NCBI RefSeq assembly: GCF_018977255.1
Contig: NW_024704743.1
Location: forward strand, 50,842,001 to 50,906,000
Origin: Callorhinchus milii
Lineage: Eukaryota
Direction of reading: 5' to 3'
DNA length: 64,000 nucleotides
The notes below the pieces were generated by a model that searched no databases, was not told the origin of the DNA, and saw only the letters and a list, made by a program, of their open reading frames with translations. The position numbers and the translations under genes were made by a program. Of this stretch, positions 60,748 to 64,000 are shown in pieces. The first letter of the stretch is position 1, and every line of letters begins with the position of its first letter.

Positions 60748-62669
60748 TATGTAAAAGTCTAGGTAGATTGTGAAAAGCCCCAAAGTTGAAATAACTGTGA
60801 ACTTGAACTGGCAATTGTACACTAAAGTAACTCTGTTTTATTTAATTTCCTATATTTAAGACTTGATCTGTGACTAAAATTCAACTAACGTTCTAATGAA
60901 TCAAGAAATGAACCAATTTTTTCCCTCCTGGTGTTAGTGGCCTCAAAGCAATATTTGTGCACACTACCTACATGAACAAATAGTTAATAATGATCCCGAG
61001 TTGCCAACTTGCCATCAACAAACTTTTTCCAGTCCTGTAAAATGGGATTAGTTTTACGTCAGCATGGTGGTATGCACCTAAATCTACTTGGATATAATAT
61101 TCTCTTTCTTATTTCCTGCTGCTACAATCTCCAATATCAATGAAACTCTCGGGAGCTCCTTTCCTCATTGAAGGCTACTTATTAAAGTTAATTTTATCCT
61201 TATTTTAATGTCATTCAAAAGTAAGGCTTAGTGATTTCTAATGAATGGAATCAAATTATATATATAAATATTTTGCAAAAGAAACAGCCAGAAGAGGTTC
61301 AAAATCAATGGTTTCAAGAGGTTACAAGTTATATATCTATATATCTATATATAAACAAAAAGGATCTGAAGAATAAGTATAGCCCCATTATAGGATGAAA
61401 TTGAACAGATTTACGGTGGATCTTCTACCTCCTTTGCATTTTCTGATTTGGGCTCAGTTGTTGGGCCAGTTCCAAAATTTCAGTAATTATTAAATTAAAT
61501 CTGTTAAGAAACATCCCAAGTTGCACCATTTTCATTTCTACCTTCAGAATCTGAAAAACTATCACTTAGTGGAGAATATTTAGTGCTTGCCGTCAGAGTT
61601 GGTAAATATGGCAACTAGCAGAAAACCAACCTCAATAAGTCCGCATGATGAGAACAAAGCCTTGAGCTGTTTTCATGTGACTACCTTATGTACTTGTCAC
61701 CTTCCCACATCCACAACAATATGTAACAGTTAGGAAGGTTTGAGTGAATGGAAAAGGGAACTTTTATTTCTGCAGCATTCAGAGTTTGCATTTAGATATT
61801 GATTCTATTCAAAAATTCAGGAGACCTGAATCTAACAACTAATGTACCAAACGAGTCCATACAACAACAATAAATTTCATTTGTATAACACCTTTCATGT
61901 CAGGATGATACCAAGAAGCATACAAGTGAAGAGAGTACAAATTCAGATCAATAGCTCAACAGGAAAGTGGATAGATATCTGCTTCTTGATAATCAAGAAC
62001 AGTTCATATACTCAACACTGAACACCAAATGGCAATTTCTATATTCTTCACTAGATCCTCAGAAAACTGCATGAATGCAGGATAGTTCCACCACCATCAT
62101 AAAGAAATATGAGGTTAGATTTGGAGACGTAAATCAAATTACAAGGCAGGTGTAAGGTATGACTGAGTTATCCAAAATACGTTTTCCTGACTCAAAAGCC
62201 GTTTTAGCAAATGCAAGAATTATTGTTAAGTTTAATTAAATAATAGTCCATTTTTGGATGCAAAGTTACAACCCTTTGTTTTAGAGTCCATAGTTGCAAC
62301 CACTGTTACATCAATGCTTACTCTATTCATATTTCAGTTGATGTGTGATGGAATATTTTTAAATTACATTTTCCATAGCATGCTCCCGTACATTGTTTAT
62401 TAAACTGTATCAGTGATGAATAATGTTAAGGAGATTCAATGCATAAGGTGACAGTGACCTTCATTTAATTAACCATGATAGAAACAAAGATGGGAGCTGG
62501 AATGATGAAGCTGTGCACACACTCATTAATCGTCTGTGTACTGTCAGAAAGAAAGCTAAATAAATAATCTTGCAATTTACATAATACAAAAATGATTAAA
62601 AGTTATTTGCTTTCTTATTTCCATTGTTCGTGTACACTTTGTCAAACAAATATTTCTTTAACATATATT

Positions 62670-63005
62670 AAGGGCTCCACTGGCTCCCTGTCACTGAACA
62701 GATCGACTTAAAGGTCCTCAGCTTCACACACAAATCCCTTCACGCCCTAGCCCCTCCTTTTCTTTTCGATTGCCTCTCTCCCTCTTGATCCTCTACTTGG
62801 CTAACTCAGGTTTGCTGCACATCCTCCAGCTGACCTGCTTTCCAAATCCACACCCCTGATCTCTGCAACTCCCTCCCCCAACCCCTGCATCTCGCCCCTC
62901 CCTATCTTCTCTATCTTCAAATCATGCCTTAAAATTTATCTCTTCAACTGCACTCAATTTCACCTCCCCCTTTCCTCCTCTCTCCTCCTGGTCTGGTCCT
63001 AACCT
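62670..63005 (+). mobile_element. Degenerate L2 3' fragment
   Basis: ctccactggctccctgtc..cagatcgacttaaaggtcctc (LHWLPV..IDLKVL), C-rich UTR. Confidence 0.75.
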
Positions 63006-63099
63006 CAGTATCTCAGTAATGGTAGGGATCTTATCCTTATTTATTCATGTCATGCATCTGCTCTGCAAAATGAACTGGAAGCGATCCCTTTTGTAATAT

Positions 63100-63245
63100 A
63101 AAATGCAGAGCTGTTCGCTTACAAACTAGACAGTCACTTCACCTTACAATAAATCATCTGAAGCACTTTGAGGTATCCTCCCAACATGAAAGTCACTATA
63201 GCAAATCAAAAATATCAAATACAAGGATGACTATGTGACTATTAA
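63100..63245 (+). mobile_element. SINE 3' fragment
   Basis: gaagcactttgaggtatcctcccaacatgaaagtcactata..atcaaatacaagga. Confidence 0.65.
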
Positions 63246-63279
63246 GGCACATCTTATTTGTGTGATACAGCAGACAAGA

Positions 63280-63560
63280 TAGAATTTACATTTTGTTGCA
63301 CCTTATTTTTCAAACATCTCACATTCTATTGCTGTCAAACATCTCACAAGCTATTGCTGTCAATTGTAGTGACTGATTTTTAGGCAGCTATTTGCAGTGG
63401 AGCGGTCCCACAATTATCATTGAGGTGAAAGCTAAATTAATCTGGAAGATTATTAGCCAGGACATTTGGAGTCACTACCTGCTCTTTGTAATAGTGTCAT
63501 GGGATCGTTAATCTTCATCAGAAAAGAGTCAGAACTTATCTGAACGACAGTACTCTATAA
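63280..63560 (-). mobile_element. Degenerate Deu SINE containing a 25-bp tandem duplication (63310-63359)
   Basis: tagccaggaca..taatagtgtcatgggatc; (tcaaacatctcaca..ctattgctg)x2. Confidence 0.6.
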
Positions 63561-64000
63561 CATCAAAGAACATTTCTGCTAAAGAAATTTAGTAGTATGA
63601 GTATTCGCTGTATGAACTGGCAATGGAAAAAAAATAGTCTTAATGTTCCTTGTTCTACATTATTTCACCCATCACAGTGTGCAGCAGAGCAGCTAAACAT
63701 CTGCAGAAGGTAAGCTTGCAGGCAGCCATCTCCTGTAAAACCATGCTATACTTATCCAGATAATTGCAATCTGTAATTATTTACCCAGCGCTATGTCTGG
63801 TGGCTGTTCCCCAAACACACGTTGGGAGTTTTAGTCACAATTAAAAGGCAGTAAATTATCTGATATTGTAAGCCTCAGCTTGAACTGCAGCCCAAATGTA
63901 TTTTCTGTCCAAATGTTTATGCTTGACACAATCCCCCACTGTTATACATAATGAAACCTATTATGGTGTGGGGACTAGATCTAGACTCAGTTCAGGAAAC

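Noticed and set aside
60998..61618. Possible hAT-Blackjack-like element (gagttgccaact ... atggcaactag)
   Set aside because: The terminal match is too short and no TSD is visible.

Overview
Eukaryotic, AT-rich, CpG-depleted vertebrate DNA. I found no protein-coding exon, so this is probably a large intron or gene desert. The repeat landscape points to a cartilaginous fish, probably a chimaera such as Callorhinchus (inference). It contains dozens of tRNA-derived SINEs of at least two ages (an old Deu-domain family and a younger tRNA-Ala-headed family with an L2-type 3' tail), L2 and CR1 LINE fragments, a degenerate RTE fossil, a C-terminal relic of an R4/Dong-type RLE retrotransposon, and several MITEs. 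The ORFs in the track that I can recognise are read-throughs of these repeats; the rest look like chance ORFs. The most interesting signals are: (1) a TSD-flanked ~160-bp hairpin with degenerate hammerhead-like cores (Penelope-type) nested in a palindromic MITE; (2) a modular SINE that appears to join a CORE-like segment to the 3' Deu domain and an L2 tail, in long and short forms; (3) an R4/Dong relic abutting the (TAA)n tail of a SINE; (4) multi-layer nested insertions with readable TSDs; (5) two dispersed repeat families I cannot name; (6) SINE-free, motif-dense stretches that may be conserved enhancers. I found no evidence for a novel protein-coding system. Boundaries of old repeats are approximate (tens of bp).
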